Below, in pieces: positions 38,159 to 51,008 of a DNA stretch of 64,000 nucleotides (position 1 is the first letter of the stretch; every line of letters begins with the position of its first letter). The translations under genes were made by a program, and so were the position numbers. The notes beneath the pieces were generated by a model that did not search any database, was not told the DNA's origin, and saw nothing but the letters and a program-made list of their open reading frames with translations. Source of the stretch: Lepidodermella squamata (Eukaryota; Animalia; Gastrotricha); assembly GCA_047495785.1 (NCBI GenBank), contig JBLDXI010000030.1, positions 248,001 to 312,000 on the forward strand, read 5' to 3'.

Positions 38159-41149
38159 ATGATAGGATTCCAAACGACTCTATCGCTAGGTTTCCTATGC
38201 CTGGTCTCACATGCAGCGGAGATATGCATTTGGAATGCTACTACAACTTATGACTTCTCGCTCAGCTTTGCTTTACCAGGGAATGGCTGGACAAATCTCC
38301 CGCCACGCGAAACTACGCAGCTTCTCGTTGGAACACTCTTATCCGCCACGTGTTCCGACAGCGGTAAAGAAATGTCCTCAATATGCCTTAATGGCGGTAT
38401 TTGGTCTCATTCAATCCCAGGATGCGCTAGTTTCAGTAGGTTCAAATGAAAGTCATTTCACCTGAATATTATCGTAAATACCACAGCGTCGTCTGTTTCC
38501 AACTGCCAATGGGGACTTGCTGACCAGGCTGCGCACAACTATTACTATTCTAATAGTAATCAGGCTTCATGGACGCCACTAAGCCCCGTTTACCATAACG
38601 TTTTCCAGAAGTACAGTATCGTCAGAGACATCTGCCAATCTGGTGCATATCAGTTATCGACATGTATCAATGGCAATTTTGTTCCGGATCCGTCAGGGTT
38701 TGATTGTGGCGAACCTGTTCAGGGCATCCGGTCGAAGCTTATCGGGTACTGGCCGTTGAATGGCAATACTAAGATGAACGCTCTTACCCAGTCCCCATCA
38801 TTCACTGCCAATACCCTAATTTACCCATCGGGCTCAGGGTTTTACACTCTGGGTGGCCTCTGTTCTGCGTATGTTAGCGTGTACGTTACACCAGCTTTAA
38901 CCGGGCAATCTTGGACCATGTCTATCCTAACAGCAGGGAGTTATAGAGGGCAACTGATTCGACTAAGACAAGGGAGTATTACTTACGAGTTTGCAATGAA
39001 CTCGAATGCTGTTTCCGTTACTATGGGCGTTACCTACGAATTCGCTAGCTCTATTTTCGGATCGAGCCCGAATCAGTTGTTATTGATGTTCAGCTGTAAC
39101 GAAACAACTTTGACTTTGACTACTGCTGGTGCGCTTTCCTCAACTACCAACGTCAACTTGGTTAACAGGGGACAAATTCAGAATATACAAACATTTATAG
39201 AAATTGGAAATCAGTAAGTTGATCGCATGAATTCAAGCCCTCAAATTTAAATGAACCCTAATTCAGGGGGGCAACCTGTGGGCCTTTGTCGTGTTTCACA
39301 ATGTGGGATGCGTATTTCGCAGACCAGAATACAGCGAATCTTCTCTACCAACACTGTATCGGAGGTATGGTTGGTCAAAGTCAAACTTTGAGTCAAATTA
39401 TTTGAGTTCTTAACAGCTGCAACACCACCGAATGTTCCAAGTCAAGCTTGCACATCGTGCGACTGGCAATACAACGAAAAGCTATCGATCCACCTAGCCA
39501 ATTACGGTATAGCATAGATTTAGACCTATTGCATAGTTCTACTTCGCTAACCATAGATAAACTCTACCGTCGAGGTGCTGCTGTGATTACAGAGAACGGA
39601 ATGAGCTTGCGCCTAGCTGCACTACGCGAACAAGGCTGTGTTTGGTCTCCTGAAGTTTGTTCAGAATTTAAATGAAAACGGGAAATTATTTGCCTATTTT
39701 TCTAAAGCCATTTTCAACCACCATGGATTGGCGGGCAGAATTCTTTATTGACTTTGACGTCAATAATGTAAATGTGGACCTCTATTTCATAGCGGAAAGC
39801 CCCACGCTGAATTTGACCACGGGCAATTTAGAGGCCGCGGGAATCAATGTCGATGTAACTGCATTTGCTGGGTTGCTTCTTCGTCGCGTTTCGACGGCTA
39901 TTACTACGTGTATCAATCTGCAACGCCGGCGATATTGAGTGGGATATCGGAGTCATATGGATCCTTCTACAGCTGCTCGCCTACTACAGCAATGATATTT
40001 GAAAAGGTCGGATCGAATTTGGCATTTTTCTGTCGAGTGGATTCGGATATTACCTCGATTACTAATTTTTACGTTTCTCGCTTCACCGGAACAAGTGGCA
40101 ACATACGCTATGGAATTTGTGCCAAAAACGGCAATGGTTACAACTCAGTGGCAAAAGCAAACACTTATCTGAACCAAGTGAAATTCTTCACCACACCTCT
40201 CTCCACGACGACTATCACCACTTCTACAAGTACAACTACTATAACACCTACGGCGACAACGTCTGGTGCACCAAGTACTTCAACTGCGGCAGCGGCTATT
40301 ACCACCACTCAGAGTGAATCACAATCAGTCACCGCCTATGATCCAACAGCAGCTCCCACAGCTCAAACTACATCGGAATCGTTTACTACCCGTGAGAATT
40401 CTGCGAATACGATAATTTCGAGCAGTTCATCTTCGATGGTTCAATCGACAGACAGAATATCCACGCCCGCTGCTGTTGCAAAACCATCAGGAATGACCGT
40501 AACGCAGGACATTTCAAATTCGCCCACCTCTCCGAAAGTTTCGACTCTATTATCGACGAAGCAAGCGACTATTCAATTTGCGCCTGTTTACGAGATCAGC
40601 ATGAATTTTAAAATCGAGGGCGATAATATCACCATACCATCAAGCGGAATCAACGTGACTACGGAACCATGGGATCCCAGCCTTAACAAGTCGAATTCAC
40701 CCGTTTTCGTCGCTTTAACTCAGTTTATGCTGCCTGTAGCATGGCAACTAGCAAATCAAACTGCTTCAATGATGGATGATGCTCAGGTCGAGTTCGTTAA
40801 CATCACAGGGTTCAGGAAGGGAAGTATCATCTCGGATTACATTGTAGCATTGAGGAGTTTGACACAACTAACTGAAAACGAGATTGCTGCCAAAGTGGCA
40901 GCTGCTGCTGCAAAGATTAAGGAAACGATCGTCGGCAAACTAGCGAATGGGCTGGATCTTTCTCGACTTGGACAAATATCCGTGCAGAAGGTGGCTGGAC
41001 CTGTGAAAGATCCGATCGCATCTGTTACTCCGTCAAAGCCTGTTAAACCTGCAGCAAATGCAAGATCGACTGCTCTTGTATATGATTTCTCTTTGTTGAT
41101 CTCAGCATTGATCATGGGAGGGCTCATCTGCTTTAAACTGCGACATTGA
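38159..41149 (+). pseudogene. Array gene G5, single-base frameshift at ~39896
   Basis: Full 6-exon layout; the frame switches between ORFs 39672..39938 and 39908..41149 at TCGACGGCTATTAC (one base short). May be a sequencing/assembly error. Confidence 0.6.
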
Positions 41150-41639
41150 GTTGTGAAACTAACTCTCCCTATTTGTTCTGACTTTATTTCCGCCAATTAT
41201 ACTGGCTTGAAATGTAATCTACCAACGTGACTCTTGTGATTCCTTGCGTTGATTGAAGCATTTATCCTGACTGAATACATAAGGAGGGCGAAGTGTTAGG
41301 TTACATATTGCCACATGGCTATTAGCTTATCCAACGCAGTGGACTAGTCTGAAGAATAAACCGAAATGCCCGTAACTGTTGATTTTCAAAAATATTATCA
41401 CTGTTAATGGATGAAGTAACCGAAATTTTCTTCAATTTTCTCACGAAGCAGATGATCATCAAAATTATACGACTTGCGAATTGCGCAATATGGAAAACTC
41501 TGGAAAATCTTACTCTCCAAGGCATACGGTAAATTTATTTGCAGATTATAACCAGAAGCTAACAAATTGTTTTTCAAAAAGTAGGCAACAGACATATTCA
41601 AAATTCTCCCCATTTCGTGTGAATTCATCGCCTAAAAGA

Positions 41640-44303
41640 ATGTTAGGAATCTCAGCGGGTTTTTTGCTTAGTTGCTTGTGGCTGGTCTCGCACGCCGTGG
41701 AGCTATGCCCTTGGAATGCTACTTCAACTAATGACATCACTACTCGCTTCTTTTCATTTAAAACTGGCAGTTGGATGATGTTGTCGGCAGATGTTGCGTC
41801 GGCTTATCCGGTTCGGACTACAATAAAAGGTTATTGTCCGGGAGGCACTCCCGAAACTTCAACAAGGTGCCTCAATGGCGGTGTTTGGTCTCATTCATTC
41901 TCCGGATGCGCAAGCATCAGTAAGTCTTAATAACTCTCCAAAGCCTTGATTTAAAAGAAAAAATTATCCAGCCACGACTATAAACAGTTGCAAATGGTTA
42001 GCAACATACCAGGCATCACATGCCTATCATGTGTCCAGAGACAATGAAGCGACATGGCAGCAAATAAATGTCACCCAAAATCAGAATTTCGAAAACTACG
42101 ATCTGATAAGAGACACCTGCCCGTCCGGGGCTTATCATGTCGCCTCTTGTATCAATGGTCAATTTTTTCCCCAACCATCATCGTTCGATTGCGGAGAACC
42201 TTTTTCGGGCATACGCTCGAAACTCGTCGGGTTTTGGCCGTTGAATAACAACACGCAGCTGAGGTCTATCACTTCATCACCCCCATTCACGCCTAGCAAT
42301 GATAATATCACGCCACAAGCCAGTGGCAACTTTGGAAATTTGGTTTACAACCTAGGTGGCGGTTGCGCGCCATATCTTAGCATGGATTTTACACCGGAGA
42401 CCGCTTGGCGATCTTGGACAATGTCCATTCTCGCTATAGGATCTTTTAAAGGAGAATTGATCCAGTTCACGCAAGGCAGTACTAGTTATAAGTTCTCAGT
42501 CAGCCTCTCGACTGTCACTGTGCGTACAGCCAGTTATAGCTATACCTTTAGTAATGGCGGGTTCGGATATCAAACGGCATGGGTGTTATACATGTTCGGA
42601 TTCGAAGGGACAACTTTTACGTTAATGACTGCTGGAGCGTTTTCCGCTTCTTTCACCGCGAACATGGCTGCAGGCGACACTGGAGCTATTCAGAATATGG
42701 CCTCAGTGATATACATCGGGAAAGAGTGAGTTTCCTGGCTATCTCCCTGCAACATTTATGATTTGAGATTATCATAAAATCAGGTCTACAAGTTGCGCGA
42801 CTTTGTCGTGTTTCGCAATGTTCAATGCGCATTACTCGGACGCAAATTCAGCGGATGTTTTGTACAAACACTGCGTCGCAGGTATGATGAGTCCAAAGTA
42901 CAACTTTGTCAAAATGTTGAACGATTTCTTGCAGCTGCCTCACCACCGACAGTGCCGAGCCAATCTTGCACGTCATGTGACTGGAAGTATGATGAAAAAT
43001 TGTCCATGCATATAGGCAATTATGGTAAAGCAAATGTAACTGAATGCCGAAAAACTTCAATTTCGCTAACGATAGATAAACTCTACCGCCGAGGGGCTGC
43101 CGTAATAACGGAGAACGGAATGAGAATACGCCTAGCCTCGACAAATGAGAAGGGCTGTGTTTGGTCTCCAGAAGTTCGTTAAAAATTTGGAAAAAATTGC
43201 TTTATTTTCATTCAATTTATCCTCAAGTCATTTCCGGCTACAATAGATTGGCGGGCAGAGTTCTTCGTTGAGTATGACCTGCCTAGTGTAGAACTGCAGC
43301 TGTAATTCATTCCAGAGACCCCAGCGCTGAATTTGACTAGTGGTGATATCGCTTCGATGGGAATGAATGTCAACAACGGCACCTTTGCCGGGATGCTTTT
43401 TCAGTGCGTCGAAAACGCGAAATGTTTCCTGTATCAGTCTTCAACGCCGATTAAAATGACGGCTTTAGTTCCATCAAATAGGGGAAGTTACGACTGTTCA
43501 ACCTCTGCATTGATTTTTCAAAAATTCGGATCGAAGTTGTCATTTTATTGTCGAACAGAAACGGAAATCACCCCAATGGTAAATTTTGACATTCCCGAAT
43601 TCGTTGCAACGAGTGGTAACATACGATATGGAGTTTGCGCTGAAAACAAAAATGCATACTCCACAGTGGCGAAAGCTATGACGTATCTGACCCAAGTGAA
43701 ATTCTTCACCTCCTCGTCGCAAATTGCGACCACTTCGTCTAGTACCACAACAACAGACGTACCAAGTACTTCGACTAGTTCACCTGCTAATACGAATCCA
43801 ACAACATCCAAATCTGTGTCCACGAGCGAAATGACGGAGAACATGTCCATTTCAACAAGTTTAAGTTCAATACCGAAGATGCAATCGACTGAGGGCGTCA
43901 TTCCGCTCTCGACGAAGCAACCTCTTATTCTTGTTAACGAGATCAGCATGAATTTGAAAGTCTTTGGGGACAATATCGCCATACCCTCGAAAGGTATCAA
44001 TGTGACTACAGACCCTTGGGATTCAAATCTAGACAACTCGAGTTCACCGACTTTCATAGCCTTGGCTGAATTCATGCTGCCTTGTGGCAATTGGCGAATG
44101 AAACTGCTGCGCTGATGGATAACACTCAGGTCGAGTCCGTCAAAATCACTGGCTTCAGGAAGGGAAGCATCATCTCTGACTACATTGTAGCTCTGAGAAG
44201 TTTGACGCAATTGACTGAAAGCGAGATTGCAATCAAAGTAGCTGCTGCGGTAGCGAAAATTAAAGATAGTGTCATCAAGAAATATAAAAATAAAGATATA
44301 TAA
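41640..44303 (+). pseudogene. Array gene G6: nonsense codon, frameshift and loss of the GPI tail
   Basis: TAA at 43303-43305 where G7 has TAC; about 4-nt deletion at 44081; SEA C-terminus replaced by AT-rich filler from 44281. Confidence 0.85.
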
Positions 44304-45140
44304 AATATAAAATAGAAATATAAAATATAATATAAAGAACGCCAGAAACGGGGTGACTTCAGCCCGCAGTAGTCGTATTTTTGAAAATGCATAAAATTAA
44401 ACAAAATATCACCTATATGTACATACATTGTGAAGCCTAAATTGCGTCAAGAAAAATCCGAAAATCAAAAAATTCATTCACTAGTAAATAATGGGTGTTC
44501 GCGCGACTTTGTTGCTGAGCAACGTTTGCTCTCGTTGAGCGTTGAGCATTGCGTTAAGAATGATATCATAGTAGCAGCGACTGCAACAGTGCACGAAGTA
44601 TGAGGGTATCGTACCTCCCAGTTCTCAAGGCCAAGGTGGAAAATTCCGGAAAAAACCAGAGGGGAGACCCTTTGGTCAGGAAATTTGGTCAGGATACCCC
44701 CTAGTTAGAGGATCCTACCTCGCGCACCGCATTAAGTTGTGCTCAGAAAAATTTGAGAGTATTTAACTCTCCGAAAACTGCGAAAGATGCTTGGGAATAT
44801 CTCGATAATGTGTCGGCTCAGAACTGTCGAGCCCTCTCACGTATAAAAGCTATAAGTTCTCTCACGAAAGTAGTCCATCATCGTCTTATCCAAGCTCCTA
44901 AATTTGTTCAATCTAGATGGGAATCTAGAATCTTTCAAGTCTGATAGTAGATGTCTCCAGACCGTTAGGGATTCGGATGAGACAATATAGCCGCCGCACG
45001 CCGTAATCCGTAATCAAAGCGCAAACATACCGACTTTTCCAAAGCTACTAACGACACGCAAGTCTGCAGCACGTTCCACTGCTTCTTTTACTGTTCTGCT
45101 TTTCTTGCCGTGATATGAAGGTTTTAACGAGACTTGATAC

Positions 45141-45884
45141 TATGAAGGTTTATAGTTTATACTTGATCTTACATGGCAATATACAAAATAGTGTGAGCGC
45201 CAAGGGCGGCACTCATGTAACGGCTGCGAAAACAACTACTCTTCGAAGTCACCGCTACCAAATCGCCGAGTACAAAAACTACTACAAAGACCACTGGGAA
45301 AGCTACGAATACTACAACGCCTGCGACCACTACAAGTACAGGTCCAGGGAAGACCAGTGTTACTACGGCTTCTTCGGATAAAACTAGTAAGCCTTTGGCC
45401 AGCTAGTTCTACTACGGCACCTACTATCACTACGACAACTACATCTGAGTCCTTCACCAGCTATGCAAATACAGTAAATCCGTCAATATCGACTGGATCA
45501 TCGACATTTGAGTCAACATTTTTCAGTCAATCTACTCAAAGTACACTCGAATCCTTTACCACCCAAGAAACTAGTAGTTTTGCGTCGAATTCATCGACAT
45601 TGGAATCGGTTGATCAGTTTTCAACAACTTTCGATTCGACAACTACTGATCTCTTAACTCAAACCAACTCTTCCACCGCAAGTGAATCTGATTCGACTAC
45701 TAACATTTCGACTGGGCCGTCGACATCGGGATCGACAGACCGGCCATCAACAGCTGACGATGCCGCTGCAGTTACAATAGAACAAGCTACATCAGAATCG
45801 ATTATTACAAGTGGGAGTACTGAGTATTCGCTTCTCTCGAACGGCTCATCAACATCGGTTCAATCCACAGCTGAGGCAATATAA
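45141..45884 (+). pseudogene. Degraded, truncated copy of the mucin-SEA gene at 60894
   Basis: GGCAATATACAAAATAGTGTGAGCGCCAAGGGCGG and the S/T stalk match 60948-61756; start region deleted, frameshifted, SEA missing. Upstream 44938-45130 matches 60615-60800. Confidence 0.85.
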
Positions 45885-45948
45885 TGAATCTAAAACAAAA
45901 GATAAGACTATGATGCGATGGCGACGGACAAAAACAGATATATGCTGG

Positions 45949-46198
45949 CAGGGTGCGATCTTCGATCCCCGAGCTCCCGGGGATGGAAAAAATTTCTTTG
46001 CTGTTTTTGCCAAAATGTCGAGTCATTTCGGCTAATAACCGAGCGAAGCGAGAAAATTTTGAAGATTTTCCACTAAAGCACGCCCCAGAAACCTTCCAAA
46101 ATTAACAAAACAGTGGGATAAATTCTCATTTTGTCGTCTGGCCCGGCCGAGCTGGGGGGGGGATGATCCCCCCATCCCCCCCTGAAAGTCGCACACTG
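45949..46198. mobile_element. hAT-like MITE (250 bp)
   Basis: TIRs CAGGGTGCGA / TCGCACACTG; perfect 8-bp TSD TATGCTGG at 45941-45948 and 46199-46206. Confidence 0.85.
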
Positions 46199-47136
46199 TA
46201 TGCTGGATGAAGAAGATCTGAACAGGGAACAGTTTGGCAGTTGACAGGAGAAGCTTCCATGGAAGCTTCGCATTTTGAAATTCAGAAAAAGTACCATGGG
46301 AAATTAATAACAAAATGCGGACGATTGATGCTCGCGATCGACGTGATCGGCATGATTTGTGTGATCGTCATGATAAAACGCCAAAATGAACGATATTGAC
46401 ACGCGGTCATTCATCACAAGAACTGGGAAAACTGATGAATCCAATCCGATTTTTTCTACGGTCGTGTCAAACACGTGCTTGTTTATGATGCGCTCGGACG
46501 CCCTTTCTGAATCACACTGTATAGTCAAGGGCGGCGATTTCAGAGGGCGTTTCAATCTCGTTAAGGTTCCAGCTACAAGCCCAGGTCGTCGATTATTTAG
46601 CAATTTCCAACACTGAGCTTATGCTTCTGAACTTTCATCTGCAAAATTCAAGTATATGTAATGTAACTTATGGCTATTTGATTTTCCGGCAATTTAACAG
46701 TCCGAAAATTAACCGAAATGCCCACAAATGTTGATTTTTTCAAAAAATATTGAGCTTTCCGTACTTCTGATAGCTGGAGTAGCAAAGCTTTGTAAGTTTT
46801 TTCGATTGCCACATACGACACAGAAGACAGAAGATCATCAAAATGTTGCTAGTAAGTATGATTTATGATTTACGATCCTATTTTTCAGATTGTATTCGGG
46901 AGATTTAGGTCGGACAGTTTTTAACGATGGATGAAATGTAAACAAAACAACATGATTGAGATTTGATTCAAGGCGCAATATGGAAAACTCTGGAAAATCT
47001 TACTCTCCAGGGCGAATTTGAATAGCTAATTAATTTGCTGGCTATAACGAAAAGTTAACAAATTATCATTCGCTAACATTCAGAAAACAGACATATTCAA
47101 AATGACGCTTATTTCCTGCGAATACAATGCCTGAAA

Positions 47137-49986
47137 ATGTTACGAATCTCAGCGACATTTTTACTTAGTTGCCTATGTTTGGTCTCGCGAGCCGTGGAGC
47201 TATGCTCTTGGAATGCTACTTCGACAAATGATGTCAATATCCGGTACTTTTCATTGAAAACTGGCAGTTGGGCGACATTGTGGCCGGATGTTCCGTCAAT
47301 TTATCCGGTTCGGACAACAATAAAAGGTTCCTGTGTCTTAGGATCTACTGAAACTTCAGCAAGGTGCCTTAATGGCGGTGTTTGGTCTCATTCATTCTCC
47401 GGATGCGCAAGTATCAGTAAGTCTTAATGTCGAAATAACTTTCGGAATCTATGATTTGATAAAAAAATACAGCTACGCCTATAGGCAACTGCAAATGGTT
47501 AGCAGCAGACCAGGCCGCTCACGTCTATCATGTGTCTAGAGATAATGAAGCGACATGGCAGGAAATAAATGTTATCCAAAATCAGACTTTCGACAATTAC
47601 GCTCTGATTAGAGACACCTGTCAGTCTGGGGCTTATCAAGTCTCGGCTTGTATCAATGGCCAATTTTTCCCTCAACCATCATCGTTCGATTGCGGAGAGC
47701 CTCATCAAGGCATCCGGTCGAAACTCATCGGCTTTTGGCCGTTGAATAACAACACGAAGCTGAGGGCTATCACTCAATCCCCCCCATTCACGCCAAGCAA
47801 TGGTACTATCGAGCCATTTGGTTTACAACCTAGGCGGTGGTTGCGCGCCATATCTTAGCATGGACATTACACCGGAGACCGCGTGGCCATCTTGGACAAT
47901 GTCGATTGTTGCTATGGGATCTTACAAAGGAGAATTGATTCAGTTCACTCAAGGCAAAACTAAATACGTGTTTTCAGTTGGCATTTCGAAAGTTACAGTG
48001 CGCACTGCAGATTATAGCTACACTTTTAGCCATGGTTCGTTCGGATATCAAACAACATGGGTGTTATACATGTTCGGGGTCAACGGCGGAACATTTACCC
48101 TAATGACTGCTGGAGCGTTTTCCGCATCTTTCACCGCTAACATGGCTGCAGGCGACACTGGAGCAATTCAGAGCATGCCCTCGGCAATATACATTGGGAA
48201 GGAGTGAGTTTCTGGGCTATTTTACCACAGCATTTTGACTTGAGATTTAAAACAAATCAGGGCGACAAGTTGCGGGCCTGTGTCGTGTTTCACAATGTTC
48301 AATGCGCATTACTCGGACGCGAATACGGCATATTTTTTGTACAACCACTGTATGGCAGGTATGAAGAGTTCGAAGTCCAACTTTTATCAAAGCTCTGAGC
48401 GATTTCTTACAGCTGCAACACCGCCGACTGTGCCGAACAAAGCTTGCACGTCATGTGACTGGATTTACGACGAAAGTTTGTCCATGCATATGGCTAATTA
48501 TGGTAAGCGTATATAAATAACTCACGAACAACTTCAATTCTGCTAACGATAGATAAACTCTACCGCCGAGGAGCTGCCGTAATCACGGAGAACGGACTGA
48601 GTTTGCGCCTAGCTTCGACAAATGAGAAAGGCTGTGTTTGGTCTTCAGAAGTTTGTTCAAAATTAGAAAGAAAATTACTTAATGTTCGCTTGTTGTTTTA
48701 TCCTTAAGTCATTTCCGGATCCAATAGATTGGCGGGCAGAGTTCTTCATTGAGTATGACCTACCTAGTGTAGAACTGCAGCTGTACTTCATCCCGGAGAC
48801 TCCAGCACTGAATTTGAGCAGAGGCGATATCGAGTCGATGGGAATAAATGTCAACAACGGCACCTTTGCCGGGATGCTTTTTCAATGCGTCGAAAACGCG
48901 AAATGTTTCCTGTATCAGTCTTCAACACCGATAAAAATGAGTGCTTTAGTTCCATCAAACAAGGGAACCTACGACTGTTCGACCTCTGCTCTTATTTTTC
49001 AAAAAATCGGATCGACGTTATCATTATTTTGCCGAACAGAATCGGCTATCAACCTGATGGATAATTTTGACATTCCTGAATTCGTCGCAACTAGGGGTAA
49101 CATGCGCTACGGAGTTTGTGCTATAAACAAGAATGGCTACAGCACAGTCTCGAAAGCTATGACGTATCTGAGTCAAGTAAAATTCTTTACCTCATCGCAA
49201 ATTGTCACCACTTCAACAAGTACCACAGCAACAACTAGTACTTCTACTAGTACAGCTGCTTATCCAACTCAAGCAACATCTAAATCTGTGTCTAACAGTG
49301 CAATGACTGTGAATATGTCGATTTCGGCAAGTTCATCACCGACGATTCAATCGACTCGGGGCGTATCAAGTTCGCTGACCTCTCCGAAAGGATCGACAAT
49401 ATATCCACCGACACCACCTCTTATTCTGGTTAACGAGGTCAGAATGAATTTGAAAATCGAGGGCGACAACATCGCCATACCCTCGAAAGGTATCAATGTA
49501 ACTACAGACCCTTGGGATGCCAGCCTCAACAACCCAAATTCACCAACTTTCATGGCTTTAGCTGAGTTCATGCTCCCTGCGGTCTGGCAACTGGCAAATG
49601 AAACTGCTGCGATGATGGATAACACTCAGGTCGAGTCCGTCAAAATCACTGGCTTCAGGAAGGGAAGCATCATCTCTGACTACATTGTAGCTCTGAGAAG
49701 TTTGACGCAATTGACTGAAAGCGAGATTGCAATCAAAGTAGCTGCTGCGGTTGCGAAGATTAAAGACAGCGTCATCAAGAAACTAGCGAACGGTCTTGAT
49801 ACTTCTCGACTGGGCCAAGTCTCTGTCGTTAAGGCTACTGAACCTGATGTGAAAAACCCTGTCGCATCCGTGTCTCCCCCTAAAACCGATAATATGCCGG
49901 CGGCGAAATCTAGATCGACTACTTTGGCGTACCCTACATCTTATCTTGTCTCGATGCTAATTTTTGGAAAACAGTTTATAATATAA
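47137..49986 (+). pseudogene. Array gene G7, 23-nt frameshifting deletion at ~47817
   Basis: Closest paralogue of G6; lacks CAAGCCAGTGGCAACTTTGGAAA present in G6, splitting ORFs 47532..47858 and 47800..48207. The remaining exons are open. Confidence 0.75.
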
Positions 49987-50089
49987 GGAACGCCAGAAAC
50001 GGGGTGACTTCAGCCCGCAGTAGTCGTATTTTTGAAAATGCAGAAAATAAAAAAATATATAAGCATCTACATACACGCTGTCACAAAGT

Positions 50090-50863
50090 GGACAGATCTC
50101 TTCTTCTCGACATTCTTTAGAAATCTGGCATACAGGGACAGTTCACGCTATGATCCGATCATTCCTGACAGACAGATACTTCCGTGTCTTGGTGGCCGGG
50201 GCGTCGTCGAGCCTTCGATCTGAAGATGCAGGTATCTGCCAAGGTAGTGCACTGGGGCCATCCCTCTGGCTCGTCTGATATAGCGGAATCAGCCGATCGG
50301 TGTCCAAAATCGTCGGCCAGCCCAATTACCACCCACCTGAGCCGTACACCTTCGCTGATGACTTTAACCTGGGAAGCACGAACCAATCAGATGTCGACAT
50401 TGGAGAAGGGAAGGCTATGCAGTGGGCGAGAGCTCACAGAGTCTCGATGGACCCGAAGAAGAGGATAGATACAAGGTTCTCCTATCCCCGTTTCAACTGT
50501 GGAAAAAGAAGACTGGATGAAGATAGCTCGCTTGAAAGCACCAACCCCTCGAAAGCGGAAACGGCCACTACAACGCTACTGGGCCTAGTACTCGACACCG
50601 GTCTATCAATGGAGGAATGCAAGAAGATCGGTCAGGCCAACAGGGCAATCACGCAGCTCCTAAGACTGAGACCTTACTTATCGACACGCCAGCTCGAAAA
50701 TGCTTACAAGACCTACGTTCTACCATACTTCGAATTCGCTATGGTACCATACACATTCGCGGCGTCGGCTAGCACCTTGGAGAAACTCGATGAAGTTCAA
50801 AACAGATTTGTGAAGATGACGGAAGCCAAATTGACACCGCTGGGCCATCGCAGATCACTATAA
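50090..50863 (+). mobile_element. Degraded CR1/L2-clade non-LTR retrotransposon reverse-transcriptase fragment
   Basis: IRSFLTDRYFRV, GHPSGS (GVPQGS-like), YTFADD, LGLVLDTGLS..ANRAITQLLRLRPYLS..AYKTYVLPYFEFA..LEKLDEVQNRF; frameshifted; absent from duplication copy A. Confidence 0.8.
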
Positions 50864-51008
50864 GCCTACTAATGATAACTGTGTGCGCCTGAATTTTTTC
50901 GTAAATGAAAAAAATAGTCCAAAGAAAAATCTGAAAATCAAAACTCATTTTTCGCCAGCTGTCCTCCAATCCCAAAATTACCACTGTGGGCCTGCGGCCT
51001 TTGACAGT

